64,000 nucleotides of DNA, from assembly GCF_036365525.1 (NCBI RefSeq), contig NC_090383.1, positions 3,207,112-3,271,111 on the forward strand, read 5' to 3'. The notes beneath the pieces were generated by a model, which made no database searches, was not told where the DNA came from, and worked only from the letters and a program-made list of their open reading frames with translations. The stretch's first letter is position 1, and every line of letters begins with the position of its first letter. A program made the translations under genes and the position numbers. This stretch comes from Heterodontus francisci. Its lineage: Eukaryota. Shown here piece by piece: positions 22,866-35,259 of this stretch.

Positions 22866-25536
22866 TGTCAGAGGGTCAGTACTGAGAGAGGGCGGCACCA
22901 TTGGTGGGCCAGTACTGAGGGAGCGCTGCAACGTCGGAGGGTCGGCACTGAGGGAGCGCTGCACCGTCGGAGGGTCAGTACTGAGGGAGTGCCTCACTGT
23001 CGGAGGGTCAATACTGAGGGAGTGCCTCACTGTCGGAGGGTCAGTACAGAGAAAGCGCCGCACTGTCGGAGGATCAGTACTGAGGGAGTGCTGCACTGTC
23101 GGAGGGTCAGTACTGAGGGAGTGCTGCACTGTCAGAGGGTCAGCACTGAGAGAGTGCTGCACTGTCAGGGGGGGGTCAGTGCTGAGGGAGTGCTGCACTG
23201 TCAGAGGGTCGGTACTGAGGGAGTGCACACTGTCGGAGGGTCAGTACTGAGGGAGTGCTGCACTGTCGGAGGGTCAGTACTGAGGGAGTGCCGCACTGTC
23301 AGAGGGTCAGCACTGAGAAAGCGCCGCACTGTCGGAAGGTCAGTACTGAGGCAGCGTCGCACTGTCGGAGGGTCAGTAATGAGGGAGTGCTGCATTATCG
23401 GAGGGTCGGAACTGAAGGAGCGCCGCACTGTCCGAGGGTCGGCACTGAGGGAGTGCCGCACTGTCAGATGGTCAGTACTGAGGGAGTTCTGCACTGTCGG
23501 AGGGTCAGTACTGAGGGAGCTTTGCACTGTCGGAGGGTCGGTAATAAGGGAGTGCTGCATTATCGGAGGGTCGGAACTGAGGGAGCGCCGCACTGTCCGA
23601 GGGTCAGCACTGAGGGAGTGCCGCACTGTCCGAGGGTCGACACTGAGGGAGTGCCACACTGTCCGAGGGTCGGCACTGAGGGAGTGCCGCACTGTCCGAG
23701 AGTCGGCACTGAGGGAGCGTTGCACTGTCAGAGGCTGAGTACTGAGGGAGCGCCGCACTGTCGGAGGCTGAGTACTGAGGGAGCGCCGCACTGTCGGAGG
23801 CTGAGTACTGAGGGAGCGCCGCACTGTCGGAGGCTGAGTACTGAGGGAGTGCCGCACTGTCGAGGGTGAGTACTGAGGGAGTGCCGCACTGTTGGAAGGT
23901 CAGTACTGAGGGAGTGCCGCACTGTCGGAGGGCGAGTACTGAGGGAGTGCCGCACTGTGGATGGTCAGTACTGAGGGAGTGCCGCACTGTGGATGGTCAG
24001 TGCTGAGGGAGCGCCGCACTGTCGGAGGGTGAGTACTGAGGGAGCGCCGCACTGTCGGAGGGTGAGTACTGAGGGAGCGCCGCACTGTCGGAGGGTGAGT
24101 ACTGAGGGAGCGCTGTACTTCGGAATGTCAGTACTGAGGGAGTGCCGTACTGTCGCAGGGTCTGTACTGAGGGAGTGGTGCACTGGCGGATGGTCAGTAC
24201 TGAGAGAGTGCCGTACTATTGGAGGCTCAGGACTGAGGGAGTGCCGCACTGTGGACGGTCAGTACTGAGGGAGTGCCGCACTGTCAGAGGGTCAGTACTG
24301 AGGGAGCGACGCACTGTCGGAGGGTGAGTACTGAGGGAGCGCCGCACTGTCAGAGGGTGAGTACTGAGGGAGCACCGCACTGTCGGAGGGTGAGTACTAA
24401 GGGAGCGTCGCACTGTCGGAGGGTGAGTACTAAGGGAGCGTCGCACTGTCGGAGGGTGAGTACTGAGGGAGCGCCGCACTGTGGATGGTCAGTACTGAGG
24501 GAGTGCCGCACTGTGGATGGTCAGTGCTGAGGGAGCGCCGCACTGTCAGAGGGTGAGTACTGAGGGAGCGCCGCACTGTCGGAGGCTGAGTACTGAGGGA
24601 GCGCCGCACTGTCGGAGGCTGAGTACTGAGGGAGCGCCGCACTGTCGGAGGCTGAGTACTGAGGGAGCACCGCACTGTCAGAGGGTCAGTACTTAGGGAG
24701 CGCTGCACTGTCGGAGGGTCGGCACTGAGGCAGCGCCGCACTGTCGGAGAGTCAGTACTGAGGGAGTTCTGCACTGTCGGAGGGTCAGTACTGAGGGAGT
24801 GCCTCACTGTCGGAGGGTGTGTACTGAGGGAGTGACGCACTGTCGGAGGGTGAGTACTGAGGGAGCGCCGCACTGTCGGAGGGTGAGTACTGAGGGAGTG
24901 CTGCACTGTCGGAGGGTGAGTACTGAGGGAGTGCCGCACTGTCGGAGGGTGAATACTGAGGGAGTGCTGCACTGTCGAGGGTCAGTACTGAGGGAGTGCT
25001 GCACTGTCGAGGGTCAGTACTGAGGGAGTGCTGCACTGTCGAGGGTCAGTACTGAGGGAGTGCTGCACTGTCGAGGGTCAGTACTGAGGGAGTGCCGCAC
25101 TGTCGGAGGGTCAGTACTGAGGGAGTGCCGCACTGTCGGAGGGTCAGTACTGAGGGAGTGCCGCACTGTCGGAGGGTCAGTACTGACGGAGTGCTGCACT
25201 GTCGAGGGTCAGTACTGACGGAGTGCCGCACTGTCGAGGGTCAGTACTGAGGGAGTGCCGCACTGTCGGAGGGTGAGTACTGAGGGAGTGCCGCACTGTC
25301 GGAGGGTCAGTACTGAGGGAGCACTGCACTGTCAGAGGGTCAGTACTGAGGGAGTGCCGCACTGTCGGAGGGTGAGTACTGAGGGAGTGCCGCACTGTCG
25401 GAGGGTCAGTACTGAGGGAGTGCCGCACTGTCGGAGGGTGAGTACTGAGGGAGTGCCGCACTGTCGGAGGGTGAGTACTGAGGGAGTGCTGCACTGTCGG
25501 AGGGTCAGTACTGAGGGAGTGCTGCACTGTCGGAGG
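22866..25536. repeat. Minisatellite, 33-bp unit (some 32-bp), about 81 copies
   Basis: Consensus GTACTGAGGGAGTGCCGCACTGTCGGAGGGTCA repeated head to tail. Confidence 0.97.
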
Positions 25537-25659
25537 TGTTTTTTTGATGTTAAGAGGCCCAGTTTTCCCCCTGCAGTGGGTGTGAAGTTCTTGTTTAACA
25601 TGGGGAATGAGGATCCTGTGCTGCTGGATCACCTGCCATTGCCGGATAGAGACACTCCA

Positions 25660-26380
25660 TGGCCCCACCAGCCGCCGCCGCGCCCGCTCTACCGCCGCTA
25701 TAGCAACCCGATCCTCTTCTCTGATTGGCCCGTCAGGCTGACCAATTAAAAAAAGTTAACAAAACAATGCGGCAAACAGTAAAAATCCAAATTAGAAATA
25801 AACATTTATTAACAAATTAAGAATCGGTTTAACAAATTAATTCAGAGTATTATTTCCCGGGCACTCCAGTTCCTCTTGGCAACCACCCCGTCCATCCATT
25901 TGTTTGAACACTATTGGTCCAACTACCCTCACAAGGGTGTCAATCAAATGATCTCAGCGATCCGGCCTGTCAATCACATGGGCCCCGCCCCCCCGTTGGT
26001 TAATGATGTCATCGGCCGAGAACCCGACTTCCACCGGAAGTGGTGTGTCACGTGATCCCAGTGGAGCGGGAGGCAACGGTCGGTGCTGATTTCCGGCCTT
26101 GGGAGGCTGGCTGAAAGTTGAGTTGAAACCCGGTGGCGGCGGCTCGAAGCGATGGACAGCCAGGGCAGGAAAGTCGTGGTGTGCGACAACGGCACTGGGG
26201 TAGGTGGCTACTAATTTAGATGAGATGTGAGTAGAGGAAGTGAGGCGGTGGCCCCGGGAGTCTGGCCTGTGCGGTTGCCGCGCTCCTCCCTGGCCGGCAG
26301 CAGGAGTGAGAGGGAGGAGGAGGAGGAGGAGGGAGGGTGAACGGCTCGTCTCAGTGAGACCGCGCCTCATGTATGCACTC
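25660..26380 (+). promoter_or_regulatory. ACTR2 promoter / CpG island
   Basis: CCAAT boxes about 25722-25746 and 25913; PBX/PKNOX-type TGATTGACA(G/C) at 25937-25946 and 25967-25976; GC box about 25981-25994; inverted ETS pair ACTTCC/CCGGAAGT 26027-26041; GTCACGTGA 26047-26055. Confidence 0.85.
26152..26199 (+). CDS. ACTR2: ACTR2 coding exon 1 (MDSQGRKVVVCDNGTG)
   Basis: Arp2 N-terminus, 48 nt, donor GTAGGT. Confidence 0.98.
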
Positions 26381-26499
26381 CTGCATTTAGATAGCGCCTT
26401 GATCACGATTACACTGTGTCTCCAGTACAAATCAGGCTATTCGGCTTTACTGGTCCCTGTTGGTATTCCTGTTTCACACCAGCTTCCTTCCACCTCCTC

Positions 26500-26960
26500 A
26501 CCTCAGCACTGGCTCAATATGCAGCACTCTGTCCAGTGAGAAGGTTGTAGATACAAGTCCCACTCCGGGCACTTGAGCACAAAAATCTAGGCTGCCACTC
26601 CAGTGCAGTACTGAGGGACTGCTACACTCTCAGAGGTACTGTCTTTCATAATGAGGCATTAAACTGAGGCCCTGTCTGCTCTCCCTGATGTACAAGATTC
26701 CATCGCACGATTGCAAAGAAGCGCAGGGGTTTTTCCCTCAGTATCCTGGGCCAATATTTAGCCCCCAGTCACCATCACAAAAACAGATTATCTGGTCATT
26801 ATCACTTTGCTGTTTGTGGGAGCTTGCTGTGTGTAATTTGGCTGCTGGGTTTTCTACATTACAGCAATGACTGCACTTCAAAAAGTATTTCATTGATTGT
26901 AAAGCACTTTGGGATGTCCTGAGGTGGTGAAAGGTGCTACACAAATGCATGTTTTTTTTA
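26500..26960 (+). mobile_element. Deu-SINE (SacSINE1-like), near full length
   Basis: tRNA-like head, ctaggctg..actccagtgcagtactgagggactgct core, L2-type tail. Confidence 0.8.
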
Positions 26961-26974
26961 TCAGCGTAAACTTC

Positions 26975-27985
26975 TATTTTTACTCCCTTGTCTATTTTTT
27001 TTTAAATTTCCTGTTAAATGCGTCTATGCTACTGGCCTCAAGTACTCCCTGTAGTAGCAAGTTCCACATTCTCAGCACTCTGGGTAAAGCAGTTTCTTCT
27101 CAGTTTTTTACTGAATTTATTAGTGACAATCTTATGTTTGTAGCCCCTAGTTTTGTTCTCCCTGGAAACAACATCTTCACATCACTGTATTGAACCATTT
27201 CATAATTTTAAAGATCCCTATTAGGTTACCCCTTAGTCTTTTCTGGAAACAAGAGCCCCAGCCTATTTTCCTGATGGTTATAATCGATCAGTTCAAGTAT
27301 CATCCTTGTGTGTCTTTTAACACCTTTAGTCCCTCAATATCCTTTTATAATTCTGAGACTAGAACTGTGGACAGTACTCCAGCCACTAGTAAAGCACCCC
27401 AAGATGCTTCATAGGAGTGATCATTAAACAAAAGTTGACACTGAGTCGCACAAGGGGATATTGGAACAAGTGACCAAAAGCTTGGTCAAAGTGTTAAGTT
27501 TTTAGGAGCACCTTTAAAGGAAGAAAAAGAGGTAGAGGTGCTTAGGGAGGTATGGCTACCAATAAAAATGGAAAATGAAAACCAGAGATGAGCAAGAGGC
27601 CAGGACTGGAGGAGCGCAGAGATCTCAGAGAATTACAGGGATGGAGGTGTTTCCAGAGTTGGGGCATGACAGCATTGTCTGTCTCATCTGCCTTTCAGCA
27701 GTCAACAGCACTGGGAGAGGCTGAACCATCTCCACTGCTTAAGTTGCATGTCGCATTACGGCCAACCACTGAACCAGACTACGAGTTGTGATTTGGAATG
27801 CCCATTCTGAAAGGGCAGTGGAAATGGATTCGACAGTAATTTTCAAAAGGAAGTTAGATAACTAGTTGTAAACAAAAAAAATGCAGGTCTATGGGGAAAG
27901 AGAAGGGGAGTGGGACTCGTGGGGTAACTCAAAGCTAGCACAGGCACGAAGGGATGAATGGTCTCCTGTGCTACGTTTCTATTAG
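26975..27985. mobile_element. Cluster of degenerate CR1 (-), L2 tail (-) and CR1 tail (+) fragments
   Basis: Similarity to other CR1/L2 copies in the window. Confidence 0.6.
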
Positions 27986-28864
27986 AGAAGAAAATTGAGA
28001 ACAGACACCTATTCACTAAAAAAGCGAAGACTGTGGCCTTCCCTTGTTGGTTTGGCTTTTGCTACTCTTTGTTCTTTGCAACTGCTATGCTCAATGTTTA
28101 ATGTTCCTGTAAATGTTTTTTTGTGAATACTTCTGTAGATTTGAGTAAATGTGCACTGTGCAGGGTAGCGTCCAAAGTAGAATGCTTTGCAAAGCATGTG
28201 CTTTGAGAAGGCTTGTGGATGCCACTTGCTAAAAACTTCTGGTTTATTGACGTATCTTCATGATGTATTATGTCTTCAAAACATATTAATTATTCTGTAT
28301 AATTTGAGGAACTTTCCCCACACTCCCCCTGTGAGATTTTGTGAAGAGTTTTGCAGGTGATGGGTGCTGTGACATGTGCTAAGAGGTACTTGGGCTTCTT
28401 TTGATCAAGTTTTGTGATTTACACTTGAGCATCACGTAAATCAAAAAAAAACTTCCAATTCAGAAATTATTTCAGATTACTGTTAAAATTTGATCACGAA
28501 TGTGTTCCTAATAGTAATTGAAACATATGCTATTTGGAATGGGAAATAGTTGTTGCTCAATGTAATTACAGCAGTGAATAAATGGAACTTTGACCTTTGG
28601 ATTAATGGAATAGACGAAGAGGGCTGAGTGGCTGCTTCCTGTGCTAAAATCTCTCTGCTGACTTGGTATTCTCCCCAAGGGTGTTTACTGTGCAAGCAGG
28701 AGCTGACAGGAAGTGTGCGCACTAGCCCCAAGCCGCATTTTTAAATGTGGTTATGAACTGATGCCAAAGATCATACATGCTTTAAAATGAATATGTAAGG
28801 GAAGGGTGGAGGTGAGCTAGTTTGTCCACTGACTTGTGCTTTTGGGGTGGTCCGGGAGAAAAAC

Positions 28865-29240
28865 TCCACAAATGGGAGAATGCATTACTTGGTGTCTTAC
28901 TGAATTGTACAGATTCGAAGATCTCTTGTTTCTCCATGGTCTGAGCTGAGGTAGTTGATTTCAGCAAGACAGGAGCTGACAAACTGCATTTGGCCTTGTT
29001 GCATTGAACGAGAAAGGTGGAAACCGACCAGGGTTCCGCTCCTTGTTGCTGTCCATTGACTGACTACAGCTGGAAAGGGTATGCATGTTGATGCCTGGCA
29101 AAAGCAGTAACAGAGCTCTGCTCAGCTGTGATGCCCACCACAGCTGACTAGCCTGCTGGCCCTCACACAAACCACTGCCTGCCAAGACACCAGAGCACTG
29201 TCCACATTTGTGTAGCGACCCTTGAATTTAAGTCAGCACC
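28865..29240 (+). mobile_element. Ancient LF-SINE-like element
   Basis: ggtctgagctgaggtagttgatttcagc...ccagggttccgctccttgttgctgtcca...gctggaaag...gctcagctgtgatgccc. Confidence 0.55.
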
Positions 29241-29359
29241 TTTGAAGAAACAAGGAGAGCATGAGGGTGCTTTGACTTTTGAAAGACTAATGCTCAAGCA
29301 GCAGTTATAAATCATCAGATTCAAGATTCACATATTACCCCCCCCCCCCCCCTCCACCA

Positions 29360-29620
29360 GTCAACAGCAATTTGTACTTATATAGCATCTTTAATGTAGT
29401 AAAATGGCCTAAGGTGTTTCACAGGAGTGTTATCAAACAGCGTTACTGAGCCACAAAAAATATTAGGACAGGTAACCAAAAGTTTGGTCCAAGGAATAGG
29501 TTTTAAGGAGCATCTTAAATGAGGAAAGAGAGGTGGAGGTTTCGGGAGGGAATTCCAAAACTTGGGGCCCAGGCAGCTGAAGGCAAGGCCACCAATGGTG
29601 AAGTGATGAAAATTAAAAAT
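29360..29620 (-). mobile_element. L2 LINE 3' tail
   Basis: Reverse complement of the 16600-16860 tail; further copies at about 31500-31860, 47480-47690, 53870-54680 and 56655-57120. Confidence 0.75.
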
Positions 29621-30245
29621 TAGTGGCGAGATCCTGGAAAATGTAGACCATTTCCCATATCTTGGGAGCCTCCTCTCGGTGAAGGCAGACGTAGACAATG
29701 AAGTTCATCATCGGCTCCAATGTGCCAGCTCAGCCTTCAGCCGACTGAGGAAGAGAGTATTTGAGGATCAGGATCTCAAACCCAAGGCTAAGATCATGGT
29801 TTACCAGGCAGCAGTGATCCTGCTACATGCTTCAGAAACGTGAACAACCTACTGCAGGCACCTCAAAGCACTGGAGAAGTACCACGAGAAGTGTCTCCGC
29901 TAGATCCTGCAAATCCGGTGGCAAGAAAGGAGGTCCAACGGCAGTGTCCTCTCCCAAGCCAACCTGCTTGGCGTTGAGGCACTAATCTCAAAATAGCTTT
30001 GCTGGGTGGGACATGTCATTTGCATGCCTGACACCTGACTCCCAAAGCAGCTGTTCTACTCTCAACTTCATAGCAGCAAGAGACTCCCAGGCAGGCAGCG
30101 GCAACGCTTTAGAGATGGTCTCAAAGCATCCCTAAAGAGATCAGACATTCCCGTCGACTCATGGGAGTCCCTGGCTTGTGACTGTCCTGCAGATCACACT
30201 AGACTTATCAGCCATCTCAGAACCCATTGATCTGGAGCAGAAGCA
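29620..30245 (+). mobile_element. Older RTE-clade LINE fragment (second family)
   Basis: EILENVDHFPYLGSLLS...HRLQCASSAFSRLRKRVF...WVGHVICMPDT*LPKQLFYSQL. Confidence 0.85.
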
Positions 30246-32059
30246 AGGGACTGCATAAGAAGGAAATTGTGGCAAAGAATTTTTAAATCTAGGCATTGCT
30301 TAACTGGGAACCTGTGGCAGTCGGCAAGCACAGTCGTAACAATAGTCTTTCATGTTCAAAGACTATCACTAAGATGTGGCAAGGATTTAGTCTGTTACAC
30401 ACGGTTCAGCTATTTGCAAGAATTCCATGTAGTGATGTCCTGCACATTTGCATTACACTCAATGGAAACTGTTAAAACGGAAGCATTAAGTGGCATATCT
30501 ATCCATGGGTAATTTTCTTTGCTTTCGAATGCAACAGTTAGTTTGTGCAGTGGTGGTAATGAAGTGCAATGTTATTGTCCTATTAATATTGGCTGTTGCC
30601 TGTGCTAGAAGGTCAAGGTTCATGTACTGTAAAGAGTTAATATGGGTTGGAAAGTGTTTATGTAAGATTCTGTAATGCATGATAGAGCATTAATGTTTTG
30701 TTAGGAAAGATTTAACTATGCTGGTGTACTAACTTTACAAGAACAGTTTCCTCGAGTATTCTAAAATGCAGGTCATCAAAATTAAAACTACACTGGCGGT
30801 CTCCATTACTTCCAAATATGATGCAAGTTGACAAACTCTGATATTTGTAACTATTTATTCTTACCCTGGCTATAACCATTTTATTGGTGTATGTGCATGT
30901 CTGACTATAAGCAGCATGAATTTTGGTCATGCACTCATTTTGTGAATTAGTGTTTTACTGTTTTAGGACTCTTGTGGTCATGCAGTCAGTAGCAGCAGGT
31001 TTCCATCTTTACACCATCTGTAGATCAGTGACTTGTTCTCACAAAATGTACTGACGAGTTACAGGAAAATGTCATATTTGTGCACCTTCCCCAACGTGTT
31101 TCCAAATGTGTTCTTTTTCACAAGAAATCTCTATCCCCTGCAAGGTCGTATTTTTTTGATAGAGTGGGGAACAGTTACACATATTTCAGTGACTACTGTA
31201 GTTGTGTACTTAATTATTGGAATGCAAACAAGGTCTGTACAAAATTGTGTACTGGATATAGCTAGTGTCATGCTCCTGGTGCCATAGAGGGAATATTATA
31301 AATAATGGTTGATAAAGGAACACACAAATTAGAGGAGTGAACAGATTCATGGCAGATGTAGATAAATGAATAGTGCATTCTAGGGAAAAATAACTGAAAT
31401 ATACCCCCAAATGGTAAAGTTCTCAGTCGAGTAGAAGAGCAGAGAGTTCAGATCTTAAAGACATCATCTATCTGCAATCCTGCTTTTAACCACTGGAGCA
31501 GCAACCAACAGCTTGCATCTTAACATCGTAAAACATCCCACAGTGCTTCATAGGAATGTTATCAAACAAAATGTGACACTGAGCCCCATAAGGAGATTAT
31601 TAGGACAGGTGAACAAAAGCTTGATCCAAGAGATAGACTTTAAGGAATTCCTTAAAGGAGGAGAGAGAGGGGTGAAGTTCTTCACAGAAATTCCAGAGCT
31701 TGGGGTCCAGGCAGCTGAAAGCACTGCCACTAATGGTGGAGCAATTAAAATCGGGGATGCTCAAAAGGCCAGAATTGGAGAAGGCTTACAGGGCTGGAGG
31801 AGGTTTTCAGAGATAGGGAGGGGCAAGGCCATTGAGAGATTTGAAAGCAAAGATAATTTTATTAAATTGCTTTCATTTTAAAGTCAACCAATGCTAAGCT
31901 ATATAAAATTGTGGAAGTTTAAGGAAGTTGCCCTTAAATTGTACTGTACTCTGCTAGATAACAGCTATGTTGAGTTCAGTTCCAGTCATTGAGACAAAAG
32001 GGAGATACTCAACTTCTGGGAGCAGTAAAAGAGCAAAGAGATTGGTTCCTTGTGATCCT

Positions 32060-33480
32060 GCTCTCTAGTACCTGTGAAGATTGGAGAAACTTGGATTTTT
32101 CAGCCTTGAAAGATGGTGACTGAGGTGCTAGAGGTACTGAAGATATATTACTAATTAATAACTATCAAATATTAAAATCATGACTGTAGGGGAAGTGGTA
32201 GTGGAGGGCAGGTTCGAACAAGGAAGAGATAAATTTAGGACTGATATCAGGAAGTTCTTCAGTCCCTAACACATGAAATGGACTTCTGGATTGGATAGTG
32301 AAGGTTTAAACACTGGAATCATTTAACAAATACTTGTATCCTGTGATGGGACTATTGGGGCTTTCTGAATGAATGAGCTACAATGTCAACATTCAAAAAG
32401 GACATTGGTTTTATCTGGTACATCTGTGGTGTAGCTCCTCCAAGGCCACTAGATCCTTCCAAAATTGAATTCTATGCTTGAGATCATTCAGACTAAGGCT
32501 CTGTTCGGCTTTAGCATCACCTCGCTTTTAAACTAACCCCCTTAAGATAAAGGTCAATGTACCATTAGTCTTTGCACTAGCTTTCAGTGATTTGTGTACA
32601 TGGACATAAATATTTTGCTCTTGCACAGCTCCTGGTCTCAACATTAAATTATTCTGATTTGTCTTTCCCAGTGGATGAGCTCACACTTCCCCACATTGAC
32701 CTTCATCTGCTATAGTTTTACCCTCTCACTTATTTTCTGTCCCTTTGCAACTTCTTCCCATTTACCCAACTTAATGTGCCTCCGATATTAATCATCTACA
32801 AATTTGGATTTACAGCTCTCTATTCCTTCATTCTCATCATTAATGCACATGAAAACTGAGGCCACTGTACACTTTCCAGGGATGCCATTTATCTGATCCC
32901 ACCAATGAGCCCTTTATCCCTACTGTGTCTCCTACCTCCCAAACGGTTGACTCTAATTCCATGCACTTTCATTTTTTGGAATAATCTCTTATATAATATG
33001 CAGAACCTTATCAGATGCCTTCTATAAAGTCCATATAGGTGACATCCGTAGACACTCCCCTATCTGCCAAGCTACTGACATCAAAAAAAAAATCACCCAG
33101 ATGAGAGATTACCTAACCTCTGATCAGCTCATACTTGTCTAAGTGCTCAGTCACTGCCTTTGATAGATTCCAGCAACTTAGCCACAACTGATATACTGGT
33201 GGGTCTGTAATTACCTGGTTTATCCCTCCCTCCCTTTATAATGGAGTGACTTGTGCAATTTTGAAATCTAAAGGCACAGTTCGTGAATCTAGAGTGCTTT
33301 GAAAAATTGACTCTTGCATCTGCAATTTACTTCCCTTTCTTTCGATACCCTAGGGTATAAACCAGAGAGATTTGTCTATCTTCCATTATTTTTCTACATT
33401 ACGATTGGTATTAATTCACTAAGTTCCCACTCTTGGACTTTTATTTTAGGTATCCGAGTACAACAGGTATTTTGTCCTCT
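32060..33480. mobile_element. Old CR1 fragments (+ 32060-32350; - 32440-33480)
   Basis: Degenerate RT motifs, e.g. the reverse of PGNYRP at about 33200-33220. Confidence 0.6.
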
Positions 33481-34554
33481 TTCTCTAATGTGAAAATGAA
33501 TACGAAATAATCATTTCGTCTGTCGTTTTCGTATCTTGTCTGGACCTGTCTTTGGTAGTCCTACATTCTTAATTCCCACTTTGGAGTAGAAAGTGGTTGT
33601 TATGCTTATTTGGGCATAACATGGGCACAAAGCATCGTAATTGAGCAGAGGGATAGTCTGTGCCCATTCTGTGCATGCATTGGTCCGACTGCTAAATTCA
33701 TGTTGAATATATGTTAATGAGGGCATAACTAAAGCTTTTTGAAGGATGTCTTTTTCAAGTTTATTCCCGATAAGCGGGACAGGGGTCGGGCTCGGGATTC
33801 TCGAGTGGCTGCCAACAAGAGGCAAGTTTTCGTAACTCTTAAAAAAAAAAAAACTGAAGCTTGAAGGTGCAGGATTGCTCCCCCTGCCTCCACATCCTGA
33901 CAATCACATGGCACCAAACGTCCCCATTGCTGTCTATTTTTCTCCTCCACTCCCATTTTTCTGATGCAACCCCATCCCCAGAACTTAGTCGAGGATCAGT
34001 GCAGGCTGTTTCAAACCAGATGTAGTGCAGCTATTTGCCAAGCCACCTTCCGAACCCGCAACCTCAAACACCTTGAAGGACGAGCAGCAGATGCATGGGA
34101 ATGCTGCCACCTGCAAGTTCCCTTCCATGTCACACGCCATCGTGACTTGGAACTATATCGCTGTTCCTCACTGTCGCTGGGTCAAAATCCTGGAACTCCC
34201 TTCCCAACAGTACTGTGGGTGTACCCAGACCACCTGGATTTCAGTGGTCCATGAAGGCAGCTCACCACCACCCTCTCAGGCAATTAGGGATGACAACCCG
34301 TCTCTACCTCAATGCATTGGAATGTGGAGTACAGTGTTGCAAATTTGGGTGGCCATCATTAGCTGCTCGCATAGAGTCACCTTTTATCTGTTTCCTTTAA
34401 TTCACGTTTCTGCCAGTGGATTAAAAATCGTCATTTGATATAGCATTTTTCAGCACTCCATCGTTGGCAACCATGCCTTCAGCTGCTAAGGCCCTAAGCT
34501 CTGGACTTCCCTCCATAAACCTCTCTACCCCTCTCTCCTCCTCTAAGATACTCT

Positions 34555-35045
34555 ATAGAACCATAGAAAAATTACAGCACCGCAGGAGGCCATTCAGGCC
34601 ATCATGTTCGTGCCGGCCAAAAAAACTAGCCCAATCTAATCCCACCTTCCAGCACCTGGTCCATAGCCTTGCAGGTTACAGCATTTCAGGTGCATATCCA
34701 GGTAGCTTTTAAATAAATTGAGGGTTTATGCCTCCACCACCATTCCTAGCAGTGAATTCCAGACACCCACCACCCTCTGGGTGAAAAAGATTTTCCTCAT
34801 GTCCCCTCTAATCCTTCTACCAATCACCTTAAATCTGTGCACCCTGATAATTGACCTCTCCACTAGGGGAAACTCGTCCTTCCTGTCTACTCTATCTCGG
34901 CCTCTCATAATTTTGTATCCCTCTATTAAGTCACTCCTCAGCCTCATCTGTTCTAAGGAAAACAACCCTAGCCTGTCCTCATAGCTGCAACGTTCGACCC
35001 CTGGCAACATTCTTGTAAATCTCCTCTGTACACTCCAGAGCAATT
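34555..35045 (-). mobile_element. CR1 3' end nested in an L2 tail (34450-35170)
   Basis: VQRRFTRMLPG...FFTQRVVGVWNSL; atagaaccatagaa tail; host L2 resumes at actctttaaaacctacc. Confidence 0.85.
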
Positions 35046-35259
35046 ATGTCCTTTCTCACTCTTTAAAACCTACCTCTTTGACCAAGCTTTTGGCCACCTG
35101 TCCCTAATATTCCGCTCTGTGGATCAGTGTCAGATTTTATTTGATCACTCCTCCACGTTGAATATGCTACGTAAATGATTGAGTAGTTTTTGTAGCAGGA
35201 AGGTTGTCACTGCTTAATTTATTTTCAAGTTAATGTATAATATCTGATAGGCTGGGAAT

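Noticed and set aside
22866-25536. CRISPR-like array
   Set aside because: Units are head to tail with no unique spacers, there are no cas genes, and the context is eukaryotic.
22819-25749. Many long ORFs on both strands (RECCTVGGSVL, HCRRVSTEGVP, TVRHSLSTDPP repeats) resembling Cys/His-rich proteins
   Set aside because: Artefact of a 33-bp (11-codon) unit lacking stops in several frames. Frames break at 32-bp units, there is no splice or start context, and the unit is SINE-derived.
22841-25961. Exact 14-bp direct repeat ATGATCTCAGCGAT at 22841 and 25948 as a possible TSD around the array
   Set aside because: Several 14-mer matches are expected by chance in 64 kb. The left copy is part of a SINE tail, and the interval would include ACTR2 promoter motifs.
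33590-33900. Locally CpG-richer segment with a 130-aa minus-strand ORF and an A-run
   Set aside because: No recognisable protein, termini or splice context; probably an unclassified repeat that cannot be called from sequence alone.
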